A stretch of 64,000 nt of DNA from Candidatus Heimdallarchaeota archaeon (GTDB lineage Archaea; Asgardarchaeota; Wukongarchaeia; Wukongarchaeales; JBHIFL01): NCBI GenBank assembly GCA_046761065.1, contig JBHIFL010000001.1, forward strand, positions 111,026-175,025, read 5' to 3'. The notes beneath the pieces were generated by a model. It made no database searches. It was given only the letters and a program-made list of their open reading frames with translations, and was not told the origin of the DNA. The position numbers and the translations under genes were made by a program. This document shows positions 48,222-57,779 of this stretch, piece after piece; position 1 is the first letter of the stretch; every line of letters begins with the position of its first letter.

Positions 48222-48348
48222 TGGTGGGCGGGCCCGGATTTCCATGAGATTGCCAATAGACAAGTCCCTGTTGAACCGGGGACCTCCACCTATCTTAGAT
48301 CAGTGATCTTGTAAGGGTGGCGTCATAACCGGGCTAGACCACCCGCCC
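48222..48348 (-). tRNA. tRNA-Val(TAC) with two introns
   Basis: Removing 48292-48309 (37/38, 18 nt) and ~48240-48270 (T-loop, 31 nt) gives GGGCGGGTGGTCTAGCCCGGTTATGACGCCACCCTTACAAGGTGGAGGTCCCCGGTTCAAATCCGGGCCCGCCCACCA. Confidence 0.92.
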
Positions 48349-48473
48349 ATGCTTCTACTTTTTTGTTTTTAGAGGGAAATCTACTCTAGAACCTTTGATC
48401 ATACTATCTCTTTTGTGATAAGTGAACTAATATCACTATGATCAGTTGACTTTAATCTTTATCGATGAAATAA

Positions 48474-48730
48474 ATGATCTAGTCCGTCATTAGTAATGGA
48501 GCTTCCTCCATCGCTCTCTGAGATCCTTTCTGTGCGACGTTCCCTGTGGGGGATCGGGACGGGTTTATGGCTGTCCTCTGTCGTAGGATATACCCAAGAG
48601 ACCTGTTCAGAATATTCTGCGCGCCATTCAAGTCGGCTTTATAGACGAACCCACTGGCACATGTGAACTGCCTCTTGGTTCGTTGGTCGTTAGTGCCACA
48701 TCGATGGCATATTTGTGAGGGTGGAAGCTT
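48474..48730 (-). pseudogene. tnpB: TnpB C-terminal remnant (Zn finger and RuvC-III) with decayed right end
   Basis: SQICHRCG...FTCASGFVYKADLNGAQNILNR, followed by right-end-like GAAGCTCCATTACTAATGACGGACTAGATCAT. Confidence 0.8.
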
Positions 48731-48825
48731 CATAGGCTTCATAAGATCTAAAGAATGCCACTTACACGTCTTAAGCAATTGTAAAATACCTTATTTTCTG
48801 ACAGCATTAAGGAATATTTCAGGAA

Positions 48826-50361
48826 CTAAACAAGTGTTATCTCAAACTTGCAGCGGTCATGCCCCGTCCCGTGACATTCAAGCTCGCGGGCAACCACATC
48901 TCGCTCCGTCAATAAATCCACCCTTCCCCCAATATACCCTGCTTGAAAATCGCAGAAAAGTTCGCCTTGCCCGAAGTTTGGCAGACCGGACGCGTGTGCG
49001 CATCCTGTAATGCTAAGATACGCTTTTTTCTTATACGCCCTAACTACTCGAGCTGAAGCATGCTGCCGCGAAAGGATCAAGTTAGGGTGGGCCAGATATG
49101 AACTGACCACGTTGACAGCGTCTTTTAAGGTCAACGGCCACTCTTTTTTCATATCAGTCATTGTTTTCCAAATAAGCTCTTTCCCGGGACCAAAGACACC
49201 TAATTCAAATCCTGCTGAATATAATAAGGTTCCACAAAATGGATCAATCCATTTCAGGGCAGTAAAGGGCTGTTGGAGCACCCCAATATGACAGTAGTCG
49301 CCAATCTTTTTCCGTATCCGTTTTTTCATAAAAATCGAGTCTTCCATCTGCTTTGCAATTCGGAGTTGGATCGCTTCTTGAAACGTTAGTCGTCGCTCCC
49401 TCGGGTCTTCTTCGCGCTGCTCGTGGGCAGATGGTTGGAGATCCTCCGGTTGCTCTGCTGTCTCCACTAGAAAATCACAATGCCGTGCACCTACACCCCA
49501 ACATTCCTGCTCTTCTACACGTACAAATCGTCCCAACAAGACTTCAATCATGCCTGCGATTTGTCCAGCTAACTGATAATCAACAGGTTCGCCTATACCC
49601 GGAATGCCCGCAGAAAACGCCGACCCATAAATTCTCACAAGAGCACTCATTGAATTTAGTTCCATTAATTCTGCGCTTTCAGTTATATAAGTTGGAAATC
49701 GTTCAGGTTGAGAATAAAGAGCGACGATTCCTTTCATAATCTCCTCAAACCGCTTCGGCGCGCGATACTCTGAACTGATTCGAGGATTTGCACTAATGCA
49801 AAGAGAAGGACCTGCCCCATACATGCCCAGTTCTTTACCCACTCGATAAAGCAGGTGTCGGATGAGTGGATCTAGGGCTAGTAACGAAAGGGTACTCTGT
49901 TGCAATATCCCGAGATGACAGTAGTCTCCGATATCTTCTCGGATTAGTTCCTGCCTAGTGATGGAATTAAGCGTATTCATTGTAATCTGGAGCATACTTT
50001 CCTTCTTCCGCTCATGGACTCCCTCACGGAGCGTACCTCGGGCGATGAGTGTTTCCCAGAGTTGGGTTTTTATGTCATCTTCCTCAATGGACCCATACAA
50101 CATTCTCTTGTCGTCGATTAAAACGGTCGGGAGGGTTTTAATATCGTATTTTTCACCCACTTGTGGCTGTTCTTCTAAATCCACGGTTAATACATGAATA
50201 GAATCGCCCATCGCAGATCCCACTACTCTATGAACGATACGGTCAACCTCGGGACACCTGTAACATTTTTTACTTGTGAACAATACTATCCGTACAGGAT
50301 CTACAGTTCGGGCGGTCAATTTCGTGGATTCCTCGGAGATTAAATAATTCAAATTACACAC
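48826..50361 (-). CDS. Thioredoxin-V4R-V4R fusion protein
   Basis: Trx CYRC and cis-Pro TLPT. Two internal repeats of IR..IGDYCH.G.LQQ...DP...LLY..G.ELG end in the V4R motifs ECWGVGARHCDF and ECHGTGHDRCKF. Confidence 0.85.
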   Translation of the reverse strand: MCNLNYLISEESTKLTARTVDPVRIVLFTSKKCYRCPEVDRIVHRVVGSAMGDSIHVLTVDLEEQPQVGEKYDIKTLPTVLIDDKRMLYGSIEEDDIKTQLWETLIARGTLREGVHERKKESMLQITMNTLNSITRQELIREDIGDYCHLGILQQSTLSLLALDPLIRHLLYRVGKELGMYGAGPSLCISANPRISSEYRAPKRFEEIMKGIVALYSQPERFPTYITESAELMELNSMSALVRIYGSAFSAGIPGIGEPVDYQLAGQIAGMIEVLLGRFVRVEEQECWGVGARHCDFLVETAEQPEDLQPSAHEQREEDPRERRLTFQEAIQLRIAKQMEDSIFMKKRIRKKIGDYCHIGVLQQPFTALKWIDPFCGTLLYSAGFELGVFGPGKELIWKTMTDMKKEWPLTLKDAVNVVSSYLAHPNLILSRQHASARVVRAYKKKAYLSITGCAHASGLPNFGQGELFCDFQAGYIGGRVDLLTERDVVARELECHGTGHDRCKFEITLV

Positions 50362-50665
50362 CTTTCTCTACAATTAAGTTATAATAGAATTTTGATTTGG
50401 ATGAAAATGCCCCACGGGAGGGTATTCGCCAAAGATCACCCAAAAATTCTTGACTCTTCAAGCGTTCGAACCCACAACACACTGTTGAAATTAAGGAATT
50501 TAACCTCCCTTCTTTATGGGCAGAAACATCATTAAAGACGCCATTTGGAGGAAGAAAAGCGAACTACTTTTATATGACACCTCGCAGAAGACACCGCTAT
50601 ATGATTTAAAAGATAGATAAATAGAACAGGATTGATTTATCGAAAAAGATCTTTATAAGACACAT

Positions 50666-50930
50666 TTGCTGAAAATGGCAAGGAGACGCCGGCATACTCG
50701 GGGAGATGAATCGTCCACGCAGGATTTAAATCGTTGTGAGCAAAACAATTTGCGAAGATGGGGCAATGGAACTAGAGCTAAAAAGGGTTATAAATCCGCC
50801 AAGGGACTTCGGAACCCGTGTGGGCAGGACGTAGGGGACGCATGGATCGCCCAGTGCAAATCCGACTGCCAACGGTAGTCGGATGGTAATCTTCGCCCGA
50901 AGTCCCGGCCGGCAGGGTGGAGTAGTTCAC
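50666..50930 (+). mobile_element. Non-autonomous IS200/IS605 element (PATE-like) with omegaRNA-like core, copy A
   Basis: Left end GAAAATGGCAAGGAGAC...GATGAATCG; right end GAAGTCCCGGCCGGCAGGGTGGAGTAGTTCAC. About 85% identical (manual count) to the reverse complement of 57780-58047. Confidence 0.8.
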
Positions 50931-51235
50931 GTACAGTTTCAATTGAACGCCAAAGCCATAGATAATGAACTTCTCGACGAAGAATGGATGATCATTCTGG
51001 GATTGGATACTAGGAACAACAAGATGAACATAACGATCTTGAATGCTTCCCTTTTACTATAATTGTGGAAATAATTGAAAAGCATCGGAAAAGGAAACAC
51101 TGACATGATTAAATGGGAGGGTAGAATAATTTCCTCCCACGAAGCGATGTCTCATAGCTAGACCTGAATTTTCTACCTAGATGGGTCCAAGCGACCCCCA
51201 GCAATTTTACTGAAAATCATTCTTATAATCTACCT

Positions 51236-51763
51236 ATGAAAGAAATAGAAATGGTGACTGTCGCATTGTCTTTAGCTTATATGCTTTCACACGGGTTATT
51301 GTACATATTAATTGGGACGGGTTATCTTTTTCTCATCATGCTTACGTTGAGTCCCCGCGTTTGGGGGTACCAGGATTATTCGGATGCCATCAAAGCGAAA
51401 GTTCCGCCTCAAACACAAAAAGAAAGGGTGTTCGCAAGGATTGTCGGAGTGCCATGGGTGGTGTTCATGTTCGGATTTCCACTCGTTTCAACGTACTTGT
51501 TGAAAGCCCAGCTTGGGGGAGAAATAACCTTTGAAATGGCGTTTCTCAATGTCTTCATCCTCAGTTGCTTCTTAGTGATCGGTGACTTGGTGATCCTCGA
51601 CTGGCTCCTCATCAGTCAAATTACCCCATGCTTCGTCATAATCCCAGGAACGGAGGTGGAAGATTACAAGGATTTTTCCCACCACTACAAAGCCCACGCG
51701 AAGGCCACGATCCCGTTGCTTTTCCTGTGTGTCGTATACGCGGCAATCGTGGTATATATTTAA
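51236..51763 (+). CDS. Membrane protein, unknown function
   Basis: 175 aa, about 4 TM segments; conserved-looking DLVILDWL...P.F.IIPGT...Y....HH. Confidence 0.7.
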   Translation: MKEIEMVTVALSLAYMLSHGLLYILIGTGYLFLIMLTLSPRVWGYQDYSDAIKAKVPPQTQKERVFARIVGVPWVVFMFGFPLVSTYLLKAQLGGEITFEMAFLNVFILSCFLVIGDLVILDWLLISQITPCFVIIPGTEVEDYKDFSHHYKAHAKATIPLLFLCVVYAAIVVYI

Positions 51764-52031
51764 TGGAAGGTCTCTCAGACCTGTGAGCCATCCATCTTCG
51801 CTCAGTAAACGCTTCGCACGTCCTCCTTTGTTGAAACATCATTCGATGAGCATTAGAGACCGTTAATTGGTTTTATTTTTCAAACTGATAAATGAGCGAA
51901 TAGAACTAATAGACTGAGTGCTGGACTACGTGTTCCAATTGCTGGGCTCGACCAGTGAATGATAGGAATCCATCATAGCAAAAGGGGCTAGCCGGGCGGA
52001 TATTGACCCCGTATATAGCCTCCAGGTCAAT

Positions 52032-52907
52032 TCACATTTGTTGGCGAACAACCATGAGTTTGCGTATGGTCCAAAAGAAGAGAGTGGTAGCAGCCGCAAA
52101 AATGAGAATCCACAGGATAAAGTGCGTATCCAGCCCGGTCTCCGCAATCGTCCGCCTTTCAAAGCTTCCCAGAACGTCTGACCACCAATATGAGAAACTG
52201 AAGATATCTATGATTGTGTGGCCAATCATGCCCGGGATGAGCGAGCCAGACGCATAGACCAGAATCCCCAACAATGCACTTATGGCAAAGATATGAAAGA
52301 GAATGGGTGGAGCCCATGCCTGATGAAGATGGGCAACGAGGAAAAATAGCGAAACAATCGTGATCCCTACTCCCGGACCATAACGCTTCTCCAAGGGAAC
52401 CTGCCCGTATCCGCGAAACCCAGTCTCCTCACAGATACCGGCCACCAACGAAGCCATGACAATGGTTAACCAGGCCACCCATAGCGGCATCGCATCAAAA
52501 TTGTACGTGGCGGTAAATGCATCCGCGGGAAACTCACGGAGTCGGAAGGTCAGCACCAAGCCTGATTGCACAACAACTACAAAGAGTAGCACTGCCACCA
52601 AGCCCCATTTCCAAACGGCCGGTGATAATGTTGTCGCACGAAAACTCTCGCTCCTAGCCTTTGTCGTGGCCTTGGGCCACCGCCCCCAGCTTCCACTGAA
52701 GTACTTCCAATATACCCATAGAACGCCACCCATAACGACGATCGACCAGAGCCCTGGGAGGAGGGCCGCAATTACGACCCAACCATAAACACCGATCGTA
52801 TTGACGATAAACCCCAATACTATGGCCTGGATCACGATAGGTAGGCTTTGCCAAAATCGAATAAATGCAGTATCTGAAGACTGCGTCTTCATATCTAAAT
52901 CAGTCAT
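52032..52907 (-). CDS. CPBP (CAAX/Abi) intramembrane metalloprotease
   Basis: EETGFRG, FLVAH and GMIGHTIID. ATG 52907 (after AGGAGA) is preferred over the ORF-track start at 52985. Confidence 0.88.
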   Translation of the reverse strand: MTDLDMKTQSSDTAFIRFWQSLPIVIQAIVLGFIVNTIGVYGWVVIAALLPGLWSIVVMGGVLWVYWKYFSGSWGRWPKATTKARSESFRATTLSPAVWKWGLVAVLLFVVVVQSGLVLTFRLREFPADAFTATYNFDAMPLWVAWLTIVMASLVAGICEETGFRGYGQVPLEKRYGPGVGITIVSLFFLVAHLHQAWAPPILFHIFAISALLGILVYASGSLIPGMIGHTIIDIFSFSYWWSDVLGSFERRTIAETGLDTHFILWILIFAAATTLFFWTIRKLMVVRQQM

Positions 52908-53192
52908 CGTCAGTTCTCCTTTTTGACTTTCTTTGGGTATTACCGAATGAAATCCAAAGTCCCGAATTAGAAGGAAAGTGGACATTTTCGAGTTCTTTCA
53001 CGAAGGAAGTTTGGTGGGTAATACGGTAGGTATTTAGATCTGGAGTCAACCGCGGAGGTGACCCGGCGATTCCTAATAACTGGTGGCACTCCTTTCTGGA
53101 GCGTTGAAAATAGCCCGTTGCATATCATGTGGGAAAGATCTTGTAAGGTGTGAGATCCAACCAAGGGGAATGTGAATCAGCACTGAGTTGTC

Positions 53193-54017
53193 TTATGGTT
53201 GCATCAATTCAGCAGGATAATCGGGGTAGATTTTGCCGGTACTGGCATATCGATAGAGGGCGGCCGTTAAAACCCCGTTAGCTGCCGAATAAATGACGAG
53301 TAAGAGCATCCAATAAACTAACGCGACAATGATTCCCACGGCCAATCCGGTCATAGGATACAAGACGTAGCCACCTATTGGAAACACGAGTCCAAGAAAC
53401 CCAAAGAGGAGGAATAGCAGGCCCATTCCAAAGCGACCAACGAACGCTTCCCCCCAGGTCTTGGAAATGACATCCTTGCTACGTCCAATCGATTTGAGAA
53501 CCGATACATTTTCAAAGAGGATGATGGGGACGACAAAGAAAGTAACAATGCCCCAAGCCCATTCAAAGAGCTGGCTTAAAAGGCGCATTCGCTTTCGGAA
53601 GGCGCGAAAAACTAAGCCAACAGTGCCACTGATCAGCGCCCAGACGAAGAGGTGCGGCAATTTTTTACTGGCAATCCTAAAGCCATCTCCAAGTGTCGGA
53701 TCGCCGCCCTCAAGCCGCACACGAGCACACCCAATCACGGCAGCATTAAAATACACAATCACAAAGGTCATCGCGACGTAGGCGAGAAAGTAGACAAGAA
53801 GGAGGAAGAGCTGACTGACTTCTTCGGATCGAAGGAGGAACAACTGACTGGTTTCTTCGAAGACGTAGAATAAAAGGCCAGGAATAAAGATCAGCCCAAA
53901 AACTAAGACCGAAAAGATCCCAGAGAGAATCGGTAGCAATAAAATTTCTTTGTCTTTGTTAAGGACCTCTAGGCTGATTTTCGCTAATTGCCAGCCGCGC
54001 CCAATACGCCCCATCAC
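53193..54017 (-). CDS. DUF6159-like membrane protein
   Basis: GWQLAKISLEVL..DKE.L..P, FNAA, W.I.TFFVVP.I..E, KTWGE and AALYRYA. Confidence 0.7.
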   Translation of the reverse strand: MMGRIGRGWQLAKISLEVLNKDKEILLLPILSGIFSVLVFGLIFIPGLLFYVFEETSQLFLLRSEEVSQLFLLLVYFLAYVAMTFVIVYFNAAVIGCARVRLEGGDPTLGDGFRIASKKLPHLFVWALISGTVGLVFRAFRKRMRLLSQLFEWAWGIVTFFVVPIILFENVSVLKSIGRSKDVISKTWGEAFVGRFGMGLLFLLFGFLGLVFPIGGYVLYPMTGLAVGIIVALVYWMLLLVIYSAANGVLTAALYRYASTGKIYPDYPAELMQP

Positions 54018-54125
54018 ATATCCGCCCGATTAAAAAATGGAGAGGGTGGTTTATAAATTTTCTCCTTAAATTTGCGTGCCCCGAAATCCTCCACCCCTCT
54101 ACATAAATGAAATATGTGTGTCCAC

Positions 54126-54541
54126 TCATGCACTTTCTTTGCCTGGGTGTAAGATTGTGCCAACGATCAGATTCGACAAGAGGTAGGTCAGCAAGACATA
54201 GGGCCACATATACCCCGCGAAGATGTTCCACCCGATCAGAATTTCCTCGACCGGCCGCCTGATAGCGAGACTACCTCCCCATTCAAAAAGCAAGGTCAAG
54301 CCCAACCACAAAAGCCCAACATGCATCAAGTCGTGAGTGTCATACGCCTTGACAAAGCGGAGTAAAAAATAGGCGAACCCGAAAATATACACAATTCTGG
54401 TGGACATTCCGATTTGATGAGCTGTTAGACCCCCCATCTCGGTTCATAGAGGAGGTTCATAAGGACAAAGAAATTCAATCCCGAAACTAAGATTTCCATC
54501 AACCAAACGCGAACCGCCGTCTTCAATAAAGGAACGTTCAT
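54126..54541 (-). pseudogene. Membrane protein interrupted by a frameshift in a G6 run
   Basis: ATG 54541 (after AGGTGA) encodes MNVPLLKTAVRVWLME...LYEPRWG. The reading continues in another frame as LTAHQIG...GLLWLGLTLLFE. Confidence 0.6.
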
Positions 54542-54625
54542 AATTGCCTCAACTCACCTGAAGCCAGTTATCTTTTTGGATGGAACTTCAGTCACATGCC
54601 TTTTTGTAATGAAGGCGTAGGTAAG

Positions 54626-54955
54626 CTAATCCCCTTGACTTTGGAGAGCATAGGGCTCGAACATCAGAATGTACGTATCTTCCACACTTTTCGGACAATG
54701 TTCAACCCCTTTAGGGATCACGGTCAGTTCCCCTTCCCGTAACGTCAAATCGGGATCATCTTTTAACTGAATTATCAACTCTCCTCTTAGCACATAAAAC
54801 AGTTCATCTTCATTGGTATGGTGGTGCCAATGGTATTCCCCTCGGCACAAGGCCAATCGAACCACTTGATCATTCACGCGCGTTACTTCAATAGGGTCCC
54901 AAGGTCTATCTGCTATTTCAGTTATTTTCTGCTCTAGAATAATCTTATGAATCAT
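54626..54955 (-). CDS. Cupin domain protein
   Basis: GEYHWHHHTNEDELFYVLRG and IPKGVEHCP; ATG 54955 is preferred over the ORF-track start at 55108. Confidence 0.9.
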   Translation of the reverse strand: MIHKIILEQKITEIADRPWDPIEVTRVNDQVVRLALCRGEYHWHHHTNEDELFYVLRGELIIQLKDDPDLTLREGELTVIPKGVEHCPKSVEDTYILMFEPYALQSQGD

Positions 54956-55027
54956 AAGCAGTAAATTTTGAGGGGCATTTATATCGGTTGCTGTGAACAG
55001 GCTGTCACTGAAATGAGTTGAAACACA

Positions 55028-55228
55028 ATGTCGACTCCACACAGTCAGATAGTCATGATGGAAAAATGGGATAAACAAGCTCTTCTTATGGCAACTAAAC
55101 AGATTCAAAAAGATACACGACGGCTTAAAAAGGAACAGGTCTCCACTCGAACCATTGTGAAGCTTACGGAGAATGTAAGACTTCTAGCATCAGTTTTAGA
55201 AGTCATCGTAAGTCAGACAATTTATTGA
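55028..55228 (+). CDS. Small hypothetical protein
   Basis: 66 aa amphipathic ORF divergent from the cupin gene; no motif. Confidence 0.35.
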   Translation: MSTPHSQIVMMEKWDKQALLMATKQIQKDTRRLKKEQVSTRTIVKLTENVRLLASVLEVIVSQTIY

Positions 55229-55499
55229 TGAGGTGGGTTCGTAAAATACGAGAGATCTATTTCTGTGGCTCACTGAAGGATCTGTTTTCAAAATAGTTAC
55301 TTTATTCTCGATTAAAATAGATCCTCCCTATTTTCGATTTTTCGGTATGCTAGCATTGACATCTTCTTCCATTAAGATAATTTTCTGCCACAAAGTTTCA
55401 ATTCAATAGGAATGCGATATAATCCATTGGTACTAAAATAGTTGAATTTAACACCAAGATCTACTTAAATGAAATACTGCACCCGAACAAAATCAGACA

Positions 55500-55880
55500 G
55501 TGGCTACCTTGCAGTTCCAAAAGAAATCACGAAAGAAGCGTCCTAGAGGGAAGATAATTCGAACGATCGCGCGCGAGCGAATGATGTGGCTTTTCAATTT
55601 ACTTGATGGCGTTGTCGCAGACCAACCAGACCTTAAGCAAAGGTACGCGGATCTCGCGCGTAAGCTAACGATGAAATCTAGAACCCGTCTCCCACGGGCA
55701 TGGCGTTACAGGATTTGTCGTCGATGTAAAAGGGTACTCCAACCCGGAATAAACTGCCGAGTCAGGACACGGGGAAAAAGGGAGAAACATGTGAGTTTAA
55801 CCTGTTTGGAATGTGGCTGGATTACTCGGTATGTTATTTCAGCGAAAAATCGAACTCAACGTTTCAGGGATTCCCCTTAA
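55500..55880 (+). CDS. rnp4: RNase P protein component 4 (Rpp21)
   Basis: IARERM..LF, RY...A, ICRRC...L.PG...RVR and TCLECG...RY. Confidence 0.92.
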   Translation: MATLQFQKKSRKKRPRGKIIRTIARERMMWLFNLLDGVVADQPDLKQRYADLARKLTMKSRTRLPRAWRYRICRRCKRVLQPGINCRVRTRGKREKHVSLTCLECGWITRYVISAKNRTQRFRDSP

Positions 55881-56246
55881 GTTAGGTTTCAAAGGCCTAC
55901 GAGATATCAGAATATATTTGAACAGAATTCTAATAAGAAATAATCTCATTGATAAATTTCGCAAATGTAAATCGATTAGTTTGTCAGAGTAAACCCACTG
56001 GATATGAACCTTGGGAAACCATGTTATTTCCTGAAAGAAAGTGTTTTTATCTTTTTTAGCGATATTTTTTTAGGAAACAAGCAAAGAAGATGGAAAAGTT
56101 CTAAAATCATCCGATATGGAGAGAAGAACGGGCTAAAAACAATACTACTCTTTATTCAATGATATGTGAGCAATTTTAGTAAGGTTTTTATCTCGTAGAA
56201 CTTTAAACGCGTATGAGACTAAATGGAATGAAGCGCGGGAAGAAAA

Positions 56247-56705
56247 ATGCCAACAGCATTTGATGTGCCACCCGAAAACCTGATAAATGCGATTGCAGAA
56301 GAGCTCAAAAAAATGGATCAGATCAAACCACCACCATGGGCCCCATTTGTGAAGACGGGAGTACATAAAGAACGTCCCCCTACACAGGATGATTGGTGGT
56401 ATCTCCGAACAGCTGCGATTTTGCGAAAACTGTACGTTGAAGGGGGTCCCATAGGAGTTTATCGGGTCGCAAAAAAATTTGGGGGGACTAAGAAATTTCG
56501 ATCACGGAAGGTAAAGGTATTTGCAAAAGGAAGTCGAAATATTATTCGTACAATCTTCCACCAATTAGAAAGAACCGGTCTCGTTACAATTAGAGAAGGA
56601 CGAGGCAGAGTTCTTTCAGATACTGGTATTTCATTTATTGATAAAATTGCAACAAAATTGAAAAAGAGTCTTGAAAAAGAGATTCCTGACCTTATGAAAT
56701 ACTAG
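56247..56705 (+). CDS. rps19e: 30S ribosomal protein S19e
   Basis: PPPWAPFVKTGVHKERPP..DDWWYLR.A.ILRKLY, GSRNIIR and GR.L. Confidence 0.97.
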   Translation: MPTAFDVPPENLINAIAEELKKMDQIKPPPWAPFVKTGVHKERPPTQDDWWYLRTAAILRKLYVEGGPIGVYRVAKKFGGTKKFRSRKVKVFAKGSRNIIRTIFHQLERTGLVTIREGRGRVLSDTGISFIDKIATKLKKSLEKEIPDLMKY

Positions 56706-56744
56706 AAGAGAAACAAGCTAATAAATAACACAAAATTTCGAAAA

Positions 56745-57098
56745 ATGATAAACGGAGGAAAAAGGTTGTCTGACGACTCAGAGTTAGAAAAAATACGAGC
56801 TAAGAAACTCCAAGAGTTACAGCAACAAGCACTAGAGGAACAAAGACGGGAACAGCTTAAAGCAGAAATAGAAGCCCAAAAAAATACGATTTTGAGCCAA
56901 ATCCTGACCACGGAAGCAAGACAAAGACTCGCTAACGTCAAAATGATCCGACCAGAACTTGCAGAGTCGATTGAGCTTCAATTAATTCAACTGGCCCAAT
57001 CCGGTCGACTAAATTCCAAAGTCACAGATCAACAACTTAAAAGAACACTGAAACAGATCTCCCAGCGAAAGCGAGAAGGGAAGATCTCCTTCAGATAA
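56745..57098 (+). CDS. PDCD5/TFAR19-family DNA-binding protein
   Basis: DSELEKIRAKKLQEL and ILTTEARQRLANVKMIRPELAESIELQLIQLAQSG; usual position after rps19e. Confidence 0.93.
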   Translation: MINGGKRLSDDSELEKIRAKKLQELQQQALEEQRREQLKAEIEAQKNTILSQILTTEARQRLANVKMIRPELAESIELQLIQLAQSGRLNSKVTDQQLKRTLKQISQRKREGKISFR

Positions 57099-57245
57099 GT
57101 TCTTGATCGACTAAAAAAAGGGTTCTTATCTTTCCATTTGGTGGAGTTGGAAAGGGAGCGGAGTGAAAAGTTACGAGTAAAATTTTATTAACTCTATGCT
57201 TGAGCAGAAAGAGAGATCTGCAGATCATCTTTTTTTTAATCTAGG

Positions 57246-57674
57246 CTATGTTTTAGTAATAACCCAGATTACAAAGTAGATGGTGACAAAGGCAACAAGT
57301 TCGAAGACCCCTGTTCGATAGGTAAAAGGAATCACATCAAGGAGTTTGAAGATTCGAAGGAATTCTGGGGCCACTCCGAGATAAATGCCATAAAATAGAA
57401 TTGCTGTGACGAGAGTGGACAGGGCGAACTGACGGATTGTCAACATGTCAACCAGTTCTTTTTCGGTGAGAGTCTTGGCAAAATTTATGATAATTGCTCC
57501 CAAGAAGAAGGCGGCCGCTAAGGGGATTCCAAAAATCCATACAAATTGAGTTGTATTGGCTCCGTAGAAGAAATAAAGCTGATATATGACGGGAAGTTGA
57601 AGAAATACTCCAATAGCCAATCCGAGAATAATATACCCACGGTTAATTGCAACGTAATATGAAATACGTGACAT
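57246..57674 (-). CDS. 4-TM membrane protein, unknown function
   Basis: 142 aa hydrophobic ORF preceded by GAGG. Confidence 0.65.
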   Translation of the reverse strand: MSRISYYVAINRGYIILGLAIGVFLQLPVIYQLYFFYGANTTQFVWIFGIPLAAAFFLGAIIINFAKTLTEKELVDMLTIRQFALSTLVTAILFYGIYLGVAPEFLRIFKLLDVIPFTYRTGVFELVAFVTIYFVIWVITKT

Positions 57675-57779
57675 CGTGAACCCTCAATACCTCAGGCGGT
57701 TTACTCAAGTTGAATCTATACTCCCTCGTATCAGCCTTTCGATGTTTCCCTTTTCCTTGAATATATTGATCATACCCAG

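Noticed and set aside
50666-50878. 70-aa ORF MLKMARRRRHTRG... and the similar ORFs at 57956-58201 and 57780-57977
   Set aside because: These are translations of the repeated non-coding element. Copy B has a stop (TGA) where copy A reads through, so no protein is conserved.
46524-57775. TTGATCATA recurring at ~46524, ~48180, ~48395 and within the predicted guide of copy B
   Set aside because: 9-10 nt matches are expected by chance in 64 kb of AT-rich DNA and are not evidence of guide targeting.
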